64,000 nt of DNA from NCBI GenBank assembly GCA_008690995.1, contig VRMN01000017.1:62001-126000 (forward strand), read 5' to 3'. The notes below the pieces were generated by a model that was not told where the DNA came from, did no database searches, and saw nothing but the letters and a program-made list of their open reading frames with translations. Source of the stretch: Porphyridium purpureum. Lineage: Eukaryota. The position numbers were made by a program, and so were the translations under genes. This document shows, one piece after another, positions 21,901-34,693 of this stretch (positions are counted from its first letter, which is position 1; each line of letters opens with the position of its first letter).

Positions 21901-22816
21901 GCCCAGATCGATGATATCTCAACTGTGGGCACGTCTCAGTATCTTGATGCTCGAGCGAAAACCTAAAAGTATCACCAGTTTCATCCGGAAACGCGTGACA
22001 ACTTTATTTTGAACAGGGCCCAGCACACCGTCAGGAAAAATCATGGAAATGTTGATTTACAAGCTTATACAGAGAAATGTCGCATTGCGGCAGTGCAAAC
22101 TACTTCGTATGGCGACTCGCAAATCTTGTACGGCCAGATGCTTCGGCTGGCTGCCAATTCGCGGCCACACTTCGCTTGTTCTGCAAAACAAATTTCGCAA
22201 AGCGAGGAAGGTGCATTCGACCACAAGGCGCAAAGCGAATTATCAGATCATGCCCGGGGAACAGTCAGCACAATGCTGTTTTCTTGCGTTCGACACCTTC
22301 ACGGCACCGTCGTAATCCAAGTACTGACGGACCCCACTTTTGCAAAAATGCTGGTTTGAGCAGCAAGCTCTGCTTTGTTATCTGTCTCGCAGACAGCCAA
22401 GGTCATCACAATGTTGAGCACTGGCGTTCAGGAGAATCATGCCAAGTTGTTGAATTGACTCTCGCAGCCGAAAGGCTCGCGGTTGTCGACGCATTCGACC
22501 ATGCCCGTACGGTGAAGTACACGCCACAGGAGCTCGGAATCCCGAACCCAGAAAATATTCTCTACATGGACAATCGCTCCGGATTAAACGCCATGTCCTA
22601 ACCCACGGCGAGCACCGAGCCAGCCGTAAAGATTTCTGTCGCAATCCTTCGACAAGTAGTACAAAAAGCAGCGCTCACCAAAGTAGGATATCTGCTGTCT
22701 GCGGACAACCCAGCAGATGCATTGAGTATAGCGCGCGGCAGCTCCGAGTTACGCACGCTCCGACTTGCTGAAGTGTATCATTCTACGGTGGTAGAATGGT
22801 TCGAAAAGAAAAAGTG
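18950..22816 (+). pseudogene. Degenerate Ty1/copia retrotransposon pol (integrase-RT-RNase H order)
   Basis: Integrase remnants FNRDIATDTLY..LHFVC, FGIPVTFSLDRGTEF, APWSVG. RT remnants LKRATYGLVDAAYIWY, DPCIF, QIDD. RNase H remnants TLAAERLAVVDAFDHA, YMDNRS, NPADALS. Many stops and frameshifts; LTRs not identified; 5' boundary uncertain. Confidence 0.85.
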
Positions 22817-24705
22817 ATACATACAGAAGTTTGTGGTTGTTCAATTCCACAGTAGTACAGATCCCGACGGAAATTGAACCGTTACGGACGTCTGGAGAGA
22901 AACGGAAACGGAGCTAGATTTCACGTCGTTTACGCTGCTTGTCGTCATGTTTGACGTGGTAATTACGTGCGGCAATGTAAAAGCGCTTTACCCGCAAACT
23001 TCTGTGGGCGCGACGGACAACGTATATTATTGTTGATGTGGTTTTTTGTTTGCTTATTTGAGTCTGCTGAATTCAGCAATTTTTTCGAGTGCGTGTTTTC
23101 CTCCGAAGGTTTTTCCAGTGTGCTGCTTTAAACTTCTTCTGTTTTGAAAGCTCCAGTGCACCATCCAACACTCACGTTACCATGACAATTCCGTGCCACC
23201 CCAGCTAATGCGCTCATACCACAAAGGGAAAGATAGTGTGTGTCACAAAGAAGGTATGCATGTACACCTTCCTGCGGTACAAAAGAGCGGCCGGTCTAGC
23301 ATGTCTGTGGCGACAAGAGTAATAGAGACGGATGTAGAGCAGTCTGGAGAACTTTTAGTTCCCGGCTTCAGGTAGCGGGTGAGAGCTCCTCACGGTTGAC
23401 AAGTCATCCACGACGAAGATACTAACAACAGACGGAGATTCTTCGGGGAAAATAGTGAAATCGTAGAGCATGAAAAATATTCAAAAGAATTCACGGAAAA
23501 GACCCGCGAGGTAATAGCTATATCGGACGGACATGATTCCAGACCAAGGACACAGATACGTGATTTACACGGTATTCAACTTATTGAAGTGCGGCAAAAT
23601 TAGTGGAACGCATAAGTTGTCGACGGGAAGAAAAGATAGAAAAATGTTGTTATTATTTTTTGAGGTACGCTGCTTCAGTAGGTCATGTTTCGGGAAGGAT
23701 AGATCGTGTCCATTTCTAAGAGCTTGGGAAGGACTGAAAACTGAGGAAAAATGTCTTCGAGGGTGCACCGAATGACGGCAAGGTCCGCACGTGTTCTGCA
23801 TTTATGTTCAAGCTAAGGACCCAATTGTGATTTATGCTCTGCTCAAAAAAGGGAAACAATTATCCGCCAGTTTTAACAGCCATAGAAATTTCCTAGCTTT
23901 GTTGGTGAGCGGCTCATGCGCGACTTCATAACATGTATTGAAACGAGGCTCCTTGAGTCCCGCACCGCGGATTACGTGCCTCTTGTTCTTCCTGACCGAA
24001 GCTTCGTGCTTGCCGCTGGTCTGGCCAGCTTGCCAAGCAATATACTCGCAATCCTTTTCAGAATATGTTTTATTTCCAAGTCGCGAACAAAGCCCTGGTC
24101 GCTGGACCAGAGCGCTGCTTCTCACTGTTGAGCAAAAGCGAATCGCGCCTCTCGCTCGTACACGTTGCGATTCGCATCTCATGCCACACGAGAGCACATC
24201 CACTTCCATAGATTCAAAAGCTATGACAAATGCGGCGTATCCACACAAACGGCTGCAACTTCCAATACAATGGTTCGCGGTGGCGATAGTGTCGAAACGG
24301 TTTCTGCTCAAGAGTGCTTTGCGAGAACTTTCTTGAGTTCGCAACCCCAAGGCTTCCCACTCTGGGATTCTTGCGGAGGGATGGTTCGGAACCGCGGGTA
24401 ACTCCACTTGAGGCGGTCATTCCGTACCGTTTCAATGGAGCATTTCCCGTCCAAAATTAGCCTGCTCGAGTTTTGTCGTTATCAACCTGTTTTTAATTGA
24501 ACAAACATCGTTGTCGTCGTCGTCGTCTTCCATTTTCAAAGAGGACTGCAGACCTCGAACGTGACTTTACGCCACTGTGACCTTCTTCTGGACATGCTAT
24601 TGAGCCGGCATCTGTATTTGGAGACCGTTTCCTTACAATGTCAAGTACGCAAAGTTGAGGACGCGCTGAATGTTGGAATTCGACAACCCACTCCACCTCA
24701 AGAGG

Positions 24706-24765
24706 CACAGTTTCAGGTGGCACGGTTTTGGATTGCACGGTTTCGGACCACACGGTTTCCTGTAA
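24706..24765. repeat. Four 15-bp tandem units with CACRGTTT core
   Basis: cacagtttcaggtgg cacggttttggattg cacggtttcggacca cacggtttcctgtaa. Confidence 0.8.
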
Positions 24766-25836
24766 AGACGATCAGCATAAAAGGGCGAGTGGTGCGCACG
24801 GAAAACGCCAGAAGCAAGAGAGATAGAGGCGAAGGATTTTGGCTGAAGGTATAGAAGGAAACGGTGCTCCATTCGTTAACTTGAGGGAATCTCCGGCGAA
24901 GGCAGATAGCCTGTGCGGTGCGCCGGGCACGGAAGCCAAGTAGTGAATTGCGCGGACGACGAGCCATTTTCAACACTGAACAGGATCTTTGACTTGCCCA
25001 AGTGTGTGACCATTTGACATCGTACAATAAAGCGACGATGTGTCACAAGTACATTGAGACGATTTTAACATACACGGCGACAAGCCAGGTCCGAGACTAG
25101 TGGACATAATCTCAGCGACCTTCTGAATGGGTAGGCACAGGCCAAAAAAAGCCCCACTTTCGGAGAATGGCGCAAAGTCCAAAGCGTGACTCGGGTAAAA
25201 TGAGAGGGCGCGCGCGGATGAGCGCACAGCCCCGAAATAAAGGATTGATAAGTAGTCTCTTCAAACGAAGGTCTTTGCTGATGGCATGTTTTCCCGTCCG
25301 GAGGGGCAGTGCATGAAAGGAGACTGAGCGATTGTGCAAGTCTTGGATTTTGTACTCTGAATATTTCGTCAGAGGACAGTATTTCCAGCCGGTAAGCCAA
25401 GTCACGCATTTGACAACTCACACACTCAATTTTGCGGCATCAGCGGCAGCACACCAGTGGTGGGCGGCATGATGCGGCTCTCCAGCCAGACACGAGGAAC
25501 CCGCGAGTATTTCACAACAACACCAGGCCGCGGCGCGCCACCCAAAAGGCGCGAACGCATCCGTTCGGGTGTTCAGTTGGTAGTACAGTAGAAGAACGTG
25601 ATCGGCAGGTGTGCGAGGCGGCACGCGGCGGGCGACAAGCACGCGCGAACGACAAGGCTGGGTTGCTGCTTCGCGCTCTGCGGTCTGCGCCTGTGGAGAC
25701 GGTTCGCCTGCCGCAGCGGCAGCACGTGCTCGGTCGTCCGGTTTGGATGCGGATCTGTGAGTATTTAAGCGCGCGTGGGCTGGTGTGCGGGCGTCGTCGA
25801 ATGTGTTCTGTGTATCTGTGCGCCACGCAGCAATAA

Positions 25837-26652
<816 letters not shown>

Positions 26653-26910
26653 CGGCGGTCTCCAGACTTTGTCATGTGCAGCCGCTCTGAAACAGCGACG
26701 GATCGAACGGGTTTTCCATTTCGCGTGAATCATGTTCGACAAAGATGGCCTGTGCGCGTGAGTGCCGTCTGGCCAATCCACCAGAATATCAGCTCGACTC
26801 TAGCCACGCGTCGAGAACTGGTCGCGTCTAGCTTAAGCGGTCCTCCATGCTCCGTAAATTCCTGACTTTACAACAGAGAAGAAATAAATGTGGTCGCCGC
26901 CGCCCGTGAG

Positions 26911-28029
26911 ATGTGGCAACGGCTACGCAGCATAATCACAGCCAAGGCCGCCGTGCCCTCGGGCCACGCTCTGGCAGACATATCCCGCAGAGCGCGCGCG
27001 CGTGCGTCGAATTCCGTGGCGCGGTGGGCCGTAAGGCTGTCCCGGTTGATGAACAAGGTGTCCGGCTTTGAGCGGATCACGCAACTGCGACGGCGCGTGG
27101 AGGCGTCTCGGGATACATTTCTGGAGGTACGACAAAAGAGCAAGGCGGCCAAGGCCGCGTATGAGCGCGCGGTGGGCGAGCGATCTGTTGCACAAACTCG
27201 TCTATCCAGTCTACTCCAAAGCAAGCATGAATGGGGCGACGCCCAAGTCGACGCATTCACACAGCTCTGCCGAGAGGAGCATGCACTTGCGGCCGAGGAA
27301 GCTGCACAAAAGTCTGCTCTTCACAAGCTAGAGGCACGGGAGGATACTGCGTTCTCCGCTCTGATGGATTCGGCGAGAGACAGGTATCATGAGGAAGCGT
27401 TGTACAGCGACAAGATTGCGGCACTATCGACGTACGTCACCATAGCAATCGTGTGTTTCAACTCGGCGTTGTTCGCCGCTAGCGTCTTTCTCGTCGAGCC
27501 CCGCCGACGGCGCATTCTACAGGCAGAGCTTGAAGTGCGGCTGCACGAGAAGCAGCATGAGGTGTTGCTCCAAACACAGAGTGCCATACAGGCATTGCGC
27601 GGCCAAATTAAGGAGGATATGGTCGCGAGCGTCGAGCGGGCCGTCGACAATGGCGTATCGCGTGCTCTCGAAGAGCGGGTTGCTCTCTTTGCAAACGCAT
27701 TTGTCGCAGATGCCCTCATGGATCCGACGTACCGCCAAGCGAGTGCCTCGGCTATTCCTCGCTCCATGAATGACAGTTTTGATGGTGAGCTTTTGGTGAC
27801 ACCGCCGCTGTCACCTTCACAGCAGCAGCAGCAGCAGCAACAACAACAACGACCACAAACACAAGAAAAGCAGCAGCCTTATCAAGGCCTCGTTCCTGAT
27901 GAAGATTTGTACGAAGAGAGCACCGCTTCCTTCGCAGACTTTGGCCGTGCTGTATTTGAGCTTCCGACATCGACTATGCTCGCGTTAAGCACTGTGGTCG
28001 GAGTTGGGCTCGGTCTCTTTTTGAGATGA
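26911..28029 (+). CDS. She9/Mdm33-family mitochondrial inner-membrane protein
   Basis: NKVSGFERITQLR, RSVAQTRLSSLLQSKHEW..FTQLCREEH, RYHEEALYSDKIAALSTY, TM segment, VEPRRRR. Confidence 0.88.
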   Translation: MWQRLRSIITAKAAVPSGHALADISRRARARASNSVARWAVRLSRLMNKVSGFERITQLRRRVEASRDTFLEVRQKSKAAKAAYERAVGERSVAQTRLSSLLQSKHEWGDAQVDAFTQLCREEHALAAEEAAQKSALHKLEAREDTAFSALMDSARDRYHEEALYSDKIAALSTYVTIAIVCFNSALFAASVFLVEPRRRRILQAELEVRLHEKQHEVLLQTQSAIQALRGQIKEDMVASVERAVDNGVSRALEERVALFANAFVADALMDPTYRQASASAIPRSMNDSFDGELLVTPPLSPSQQQQQQQQQQRPQTQEKQQPYQGLVPDEDLYEESTASFADFGRAVFELPTSTMLALSTVVGVGLGLFLR

Positions 28030-28094
28030 GCATTGACGGTTGTATATGTATTTTGTGTCTGATGCTTTAGTACTGGTACGGATATATCTCAAGC

Positions 28095-31031
28095 TTACTC
28101 TTGTATCATAGAATCCCTAACAGTTGTGCGATATGCTTGCGAGATCGCATGAATTTGATCCAGAGCAAGCGAGCTGCTGGCTGGATCGACGGTGAGCGCC
28201 CGCTCCGCATTGCATAGACGCTCGCGCAGCGTGTTGAGTTTGCGGTATGGCCAAGATTTGAAGCCGCAGGTTCGGAACAATTTCTTGGTCAGCGTGATGG
28301 AGATGTCAAGCTCGGACGCGAGCTGCGCGCGCGAATACATGACGAGCCCCAAGAGGTCCAAGCGACCAATGCTTTCCAGATACTTGCGCTTCTTGCCTCC
28401 CATTGCCGCAAGCCGCTGTTGCACATTCGATAGCGTTGTGCGACCAATCTGGGCAATCAACGCATCGCTTAGGCACTCTGCGTGTGCGTGTATGTCTGGA
28501 CCACCGCCGTAAGTGGTCTCAGGTGCGTGAGCAAGCAGCCATGGGCTGAGCTCGTGTGAGATTGACAACGGCGTCGACGGAAGCTGTGGTACAAACGGAG
28601 ATTGGCCCGCGAGTTCGTCATTTGATTGCTCCGAAAATCTGCCCAACGAATCGGACTCGCCCTGCAACAGCAGCTGCTGGATCTGAGTTTGATGTTGGTT
28701 TGGACATTTGCTTGGGGTTCCGCTCAGATTCCGAGTCGCGCCTAGGCCGCGAAAGGGTCCTTTTTGACTGCCCGTGAGCACGCGTGCGACCGGCTCGTGG
28801 TCACTGCTGCTTGCGTCGCCGCTGCTGAACTCGTCCTCGTTATCAAAATCGGCGAGCGGGATGCCGCAACGGAACAGCCGCGCGATCGAGCCACTGTGAT
28901 ATTCAGACTCAGTACGAGTACTGCGCAGCCAGCCGCCTGAGCTGAGCCCTCCCGACGGAAGCTGATCTGCGTCCATGTCGGCGATGTGGATGCGGTCGCT
29001 GGACGGTGGCCATATCGATCCATGTATGTCCACGTCTAGTTCCAAATCTAGATCCAATGCATCATCATAATCCTCAGCGTCATCCTTGTCTTCCACCACG
29101 CGCCATTGCTGTCGTTTGCGGCTTCGGAAAGAGCCATGTGCGCTCGTGGACTCGAGGTGCAGCTGGTCTCGCAGCGACAGGGACAGCGACGGCGGTTGTT
29201 GTTGTTGTTCTTGTTGTTGTTCTTGCTGCTGCTGCCCGTGCAAAATGTGCTTTGACTGGTTTTGCGCCGATGGATGCTGCACAACCAGCGAGTTGGCTTT
29301 GGCCAGCGCTGCCTTGGCCTTTGATACGAGACGCTCGTGCCCGTCAAATGCTTGCATACCCTCTTCGTTTCTGTACATATCCTGGCCTGTGGCAGACGAC
29401 GACGGTGACGTGGTCTCAGGGGTCAAAATGACTCCTCGCTGGCTCAGCATTCCACGCTTCGCGCCGCTGCTGCGCGCTGAGAATCCCGCGCGTGGGCTCG
29501 TATTGAGAAATTGCGGTTGCGCGTCCTCATGGCTCTGGTCAGACTGTTGTTTCCGGGGCTCATGCTTTGCACGGTTTCGACTATCAGTAACAGGCGTAGA
29601 CAGGCGTCTTTTTGCAGGCGATACATCGTTCACAACGTAGTTTCCGCGGGCTGGTCGCATGCTGTAGTCTGTTTGAATGCTAGGTGAGGGCTGCGCGGCC
29701 GTCGGCCGCTCGCTCAATCGATTGTTTGGAGCAAGCGCAGGACGCGCGACATCATGCTCGTTGATCGCCAAATCACCCTCTGATCCACGCTGACCGCTTT
29801 CATCATGGACGTCGTCATGCGTGCCATGATCTCCAAACACGTGGCGCACGCCAAGGCTCGTCGCCGACGCCTCAGTCGGCAGCGTAGGCTGCGCGTGCGT
29901 ATTCGGTGGTAGCATGTACCTTTCTGCATAGGCTTGCCGGAGCTCACTCTCGTGCATGGACGCAACCAGGAAGACATCGCCTGCTTGTTGGGGCTGCGGT
30001 GACAGTGCGGAAGTAGACAACAGGTCGCCGAACGCCGCGCTGGACACGGCTAGGAACATGGACACATGCGCCCAGTCGACAGACTGTGCGCCGCCCGCGA
30101 TGAATACTTGAATGGTGCTACCGTTTTGCGCGGATGCGGCGTGCAGATTCAAGTCCCGCAGACGTACTTGGAATAGGTTGCATTGCGTGCCGTGCGCCTC
30201 GGCAATCTCCACGCCACTGGTTGTCCATATGATCACCCGCACGGCCGAATCGATTGTGACCGATGGATCGATGAATAGGGACACGGTCATGCTGGCGGCG
30301 GCGGTGGCGGTCGTCCCCGCGTGGTGCACGACAGACGAATCCTGTGCAGAGTGTTGCCCGGTCGTAGCGCCCTGAGCTGCTTCTGAAGCAGCCGCGAGGC
30401 CATGTGCCGCAAAGCCGTTGGGCATGCCGCTGCTGCTCATACCCGCGCTATTGTCTCCCATCGCCTGCGGAAAATCGCGCGAACCCGTACTCATCATCGC
30501 GCAGCCGCCCATGCTCGCACTCAAGCTCGCTGACGCGAGGAAGCGGTCGCTCAACGCGTCCACACACATGTCAACGGTAGAGTTTCGGCTGCCCGGAACG
30601 ACGAGCCGCATGGGATCTGCAAGATTGTTGCTCCCAGCCTCCGCGGCGTCCGGGTCGGCATGGTGGCTGTCGGTTGCGTACAAGTTGTACTCGGTATGGA
30701 AGATGGAGAGCACCGAGTGCGCGCTAAGCATTGCGTCGCCGTGCGGGTCCGGCCCGCCGAGCGTATCGGTCAGCCAGTCCACGAGTCCGAGCTGGTTGAT
30801 AGCGCCCTGGCTGCGCCACATTGGATCGTCCGCGCCGCGCAGCATCATTTTCTCACGCTGCGCGGCGAGAAACGACGACTGCGTCGGCTCGTGCGCAAGC
30901 ATCGCAGACGTGTCGGCGGCATGCGGTGCCGCGGCTGCACCCGCTGTATCTTCTGCGCCGCCGGCCCTAACGTTCCGGAAGGCCTCGAGCCCGTGCGCTG
31001 CCGTTGTGCTGCGGCCCTCTTGCCGATGCAT
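28095..31031 (-). CDS. RWP-RK domain transcription factor
   Basis: C-terminal AQLASELDISITLTKKLFRTCGFKSWPYRKL after a long low-complexity/poly-Q region. Start uncertain (ATG at 31031 or 31127). Confidence 0.8.
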   Translation of the reverse strand: MHRQEGRSTTAAHGLEAFRNVRAGGAEDTAGAAAAPHAADTSAMLAHEPTQSSFLAAQREKMMLRGADDPMWRSQGAINQLGLVDWLTDTLGGPDPHGDAMLSAHSVLSIFHTEYNLYATDSHHADPDAAEAGSNNLADPMRLVVPGSRNSTVDMCVDALSDRFLASASLSASMGGCAMMSTGSRDFPQAMGDNSAGMSSSGMPNGFAAHGLAAASEAAQGATTGQHSAQDSSVVHHAGTTATAAASMTVSLFIDPSVTIDSAVRVIIWTTSGVEIAEAHGTQCNLFQVRLRDLNLHAASAQNGSTIQVFIAGGAQSVDWAHVSMFLAVSSAAFGDLLSTSALSPQPQQAGDVFLVASMHESELRQAYAERYMLPPNTHAQPTLPTEASATSLGVRHVFGDHGTHDDVHDESGQRGSEGDLAINEHDVARPALAPNNRLSERPTAAQPSPSIQTDYSMRPARGNYVVNDVSPAKRRLSTPVTDSRNRAKHEPRKQQSDQSHEDAQPQFLNTSPRAGFSARSSGAKRGMLSQRGVILTPETTSPSSSATGQDMYRNEEGMQAFDGHERLVSKAKAALAKANSLVVQHPSAQNQSKHILHGQQQQEQQQEQQQQPPSLSLSLRDQLHLESTSAHGSFRSRKRQQWRVVEDKDDAEDYDDALDLDLELDVDIHGSIWPPSSDRIHIADMDADQLPSGGLSSGGWLRSTRTESEYHSGSIARLFRCGIPLADFDNEDEFSSGDASSSDHEPVARVLTGSQKGPFRGLGATRNLSGTPSKCPNQHQTQIQQLLLQGESDSLGRFSEQSNDELAGQSPFVPQLPSTPLSISHELSPWLLAHAPETTYGGGPDIHAHAECLSDALIAQIGRTTLSNVQQRLAAMGGKKRKYLESIGRLDLLGLVMYSRAQLASELDISITLTKKLFRTCGFKSWPYRKLNTLRERLCNAERALTVDPASSSLALDQIHAISQAYRTTVRDSMIQE

Positions 31032-32694
31032 GCGTGCGCGGCGCCGTGCTGCCCGAGCTTCCGTTCGCACCCGCAGTTTCTCGACTCGTCCACACGATAT
31101 AGGTATCCTCACACTCAGCAGCACCATGCAATGCGAACGTGCGGCGTGCCTTGCCGGCAAAGACGCGTTCAGCTGCCCAAAAGCGACAATGAGACACGTA
31201 GTCAGGCTTACGCATGGGCTGTGCGCAGTCCCGTGCGGACCAGTTTGGACTGCCCCCGCTTATGAATTATCCTTTTTGCTTTTTGCTTTTTGCGTTTGCC
31301 CTGCTTTGCTTTTGCTTTTTGCCCAGCTCTTACCTGTCGGGTGTTGCTGGCCCTTGTGTGTGTCTGCTTGTTCCGGCAGTGAGGCAAACGCAACGACACC
31401 GCTCTTTTCGGGGGGAAATCCAAGGAACCACCAAGCCCAACGCCGCCGGCCCCACCACCAAGACCGACGATCACAACAGACGCAGCAACGAACAACCGGG
31501 AGCTATGTCCGACACGGCGCCGATCGATTTCAAGCGCGCGCGCGCGCGCGTTGCCCGGCAATTTTCTTCGCCTGTGGCGTGACGTTTGCCTCACTGTTTG
31601 CTGACACGCGTGCGTGCCGCGCTCCCAGCCAGCAACGCACGGAGCATGTGCGACTCTCCACACGCCTTGCGTGATCGCCGACCCCACGGCCCAACGGCCC
31701 ACCCGACTGACTGACTGACGACGTACGTGCGTGCGTGGACATGCGACCCCGCGGCAGTGCTCGACCGCCCAAACCCACCCACACACACACTCACTCACCA
31801 CCACTTCCCGCGTGCCGGCGGATCAACCCACCAACCCACCAACCCACCAACCCACAACCCGCATCCGCATCAGCCGCTCCACCCACCTTCCGCCAACCGC
31901 AGCCGAGTCAGCTACTCCACTATGGTTACACCTCCGACCCTTCCCTTCCCGCCTCTATCAAAACACCCCACTCTCATCATTTCCCACGCACTTCCTCCTC
32001 CTCGTGTACCCGCAGACCCCTTGCCCTTCCCCCTCCGCCTTTCTCTACTCAAACACCCTCTTTTACATACAGCCGCACGCTCGCTCCATGACACACAACA
32101 ACAAGAGCCGCGTGGCGGTGTCCTTTGTATTTTCTGTTCTTCCATTTTTATGGTAAAAGGGGGTTGTTTTGATAGACGTCGCTGGGTGAGCGATCGCGCG
32201 ATCGCCGTTTTACGTGCGGTTTTATTTCATGATGATTCGTGTCGGTTGTGATTGTATTTAATGATTCTCTCACAAGCAACCGATTGAAGGCATGGGCTAT
32301 GGTGGCTCGATAATAATAAAACACGCTCGTTTTAGAAGGCATGACCATTTCTGTCTTCTTGATGATCGCTGCGACCGACGCCAACGAGCTATTATTAGCG
32401 CGTGCGGCGCATGATCGAAATGAAAAAGGCTCTCTCGCACACACAACAAACAATCAATCGCGTGCGCGTAGCCGTGGAAGATGGCGCGTGCGGAGGCGTG
32501 CCAAGAAGAACAAAAAAGGGCGGCACGCACAAGAGGTAGAAAAGAATCGGCGCGCGAAAGCGAAAACAACGCAAGCAACGGCTTGTAAAACACGCACGGT
32601 TTGCTATGAATGATCGTGCTCGATCGAGCGATCGATTGATTAATTGATGTGCGCGCGTTTCTTCGCATGGAAAATCGGAAAACGCACAGAACGG

Positions 32695-32718
32695 TTAGGG
32701 TTAGGGTCAGGGTTAGGG
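32695..32718 (+). repeat. Short interstitial TTAGGG-type repeat
   Basis: ttaggg ttaggg tcaggg ttaggg. Confidence 0.75.
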
Positions 32719-34693
32719 TTTGTTAGGTGATTGAGTGGTGGGTACAGTTGAATGTACAGTGTATTAGGGTTGCTACCAGTTTGCGTTGCAATGTGGCAGA
32801 GAAAGGGGGGGGGAGGAGGGGGGGCGGAGGCGGTTGTTCGCGGAGCGCGGTGGCGCGTGGCAGGGTGGTGCGTCTCGCACCTGCGCATGCGCCCAAGGTC
32901 TTCTTCTTCGCTGCCTCTTCGTACCAACCATGGTGAGTTTGCCGAGTTCGCAGTGTGGCGATTGTTTGAATAAATGTGCAGGCGTGGTGGCTGCTCTCGC
33001 GCGGTTCGAGTTGCCCATGGTGTAGCCGCTCGTCTTGACAATTCGTTCAAGGTCTGGCTTGCGGAGTTTGGCGAGCTCGGAAGCCTGGAAGCCATTTAAA
33101 TTCTTCCTCGTTGGAAAAGCGCATCTGTCGACGTTTTTTCGACGCAGAGCGAGGCCACAAAGGTTCAGCAAATGCCGGAAAAATGCAGATTCCTGGCAAG
33201 CATTGACAGCTGTTTGCCGGGGACGGGGATGGCGCCACATTGGTGTGGCAGTCCTAGTTTTTTATCTGCCGGATGTGATTGACACGATAAGAGCAAACAA
33301 TCAGTTTCGCCACGTTGTTTTTGGATCCAAGTGTTCGTGTGCGCTCGTTCGACGCGCGCAAGACGCGGGAGCCTTTGTCTCTGAAGGTTGTCGGCAACAG
33401 GAAGGAGGGTTCGGGTAACGAAGTTTTCGCAGCTTCGCAAGACTGGCAATGGCGCGGGCGTAAAATCGGAGCGTCCAAAGCCCGTGGTCCACTGGGAGCT
33501 TGTCTGCATGACCGAGGCCTACGCTCGTATTGTTTAGGGGTCTGACAAGAAGATTATGTCTCAGAATGCGCAGAGGGAGAGACTAGGAAACCTCGTGGAC
33601 GCCAAGACGGCCAACCTTTATGGGCTCGACAAGCTGGAAATTGAGCAGGCAAACAAGCAACGCGGATTTCGTTGGGTGCTTGTGTGAATGTGCAGCATAC
33701 TGCGTCCTCTAAATGTACGGAGCAGCGACCGTGACCTGCACGTGCGTTTATGCGCAGTAAAGTAGGAAGCATGACTGCTTTTGTAAGGGTGGATAGCCGC
33801 TCGCAGTCAATTGATGCGTTTGCGAGCAGAAGCAGCTCCGGTAATGAGGGTATGTGCGGCTAGACAACGCATAATCGAGTCTGTCATTCGGTTTGAATGG
33901 GCAATTGTCAATGAAACAGGATGATCTAGCTTGAAGCCGGGTCTCTTTTTGGTCTCAGCATGATCTTGTCGTTGATATGTGAGACCAAGGGCGTGGCATC
34001 GGTCAAGCTGCAACCAACGATTGACGTCCAGAAGAAGCCTTTCAGTTTTGAGACATGCGTGTTTAGGTCTTGCTTGTGGGCCTCTGACCCGCACAATTCC
34101 TTTCGAAACTGCAAGCGCGTTGTCGTCACGTCATTCTTCGGGTTACTCGCCAAACCGGTGCAGCAAGAGCTTTATACAACCGCGTGAATCCGGGGCGCGG
34201 CCGTTGCCACAAGCTCGATGTGCTCTGATACCGCGCACGCATTGGCGACGCCGCCTCTGCCGCGCCGGAACGCGCAGCCCATTGCTGGCCGCCCCCATTT
34301 CGAAAGGGAGTGTTCATTTTCTTTGGCTATGCACCGGCCGTGGACCTGTTTGTTTCCCCCGTGTCTTCCAATGCCATGCTCTGCGGTGCGCCTGCATTCC
34401 GCACCAAACAGTTTACCGGAGCCTGGCGCGCACAATCGGTTTCATTTCAGTTCATTGCGTCTGAGCCGTAACCGTTAAGAAAGCATAGTAAAACGCCATC
34501 ATTAAATCATATTTAGAACGTCAGTTTTCGCGCCGAAATGATGAGAGCTGTCAAGTACAGTACGTACAGTGAATTCGGAGTGGCAGTGCGAATTGCGCTG
34601 CGGGTGTGGCCGCGTGTCGCGAGGGCGAGAGATGCAGCTGTCGGGTGGCTCGGTGCGTGTCTGAATGGGCGTGGCTTGGCGGCGTGCGTGGAG

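Noticed and set aside
22816..23200. 3' LTR of the copia relic
   Set aside because: No matching 5' copy, PBS or clear PPT could be identified by eye.
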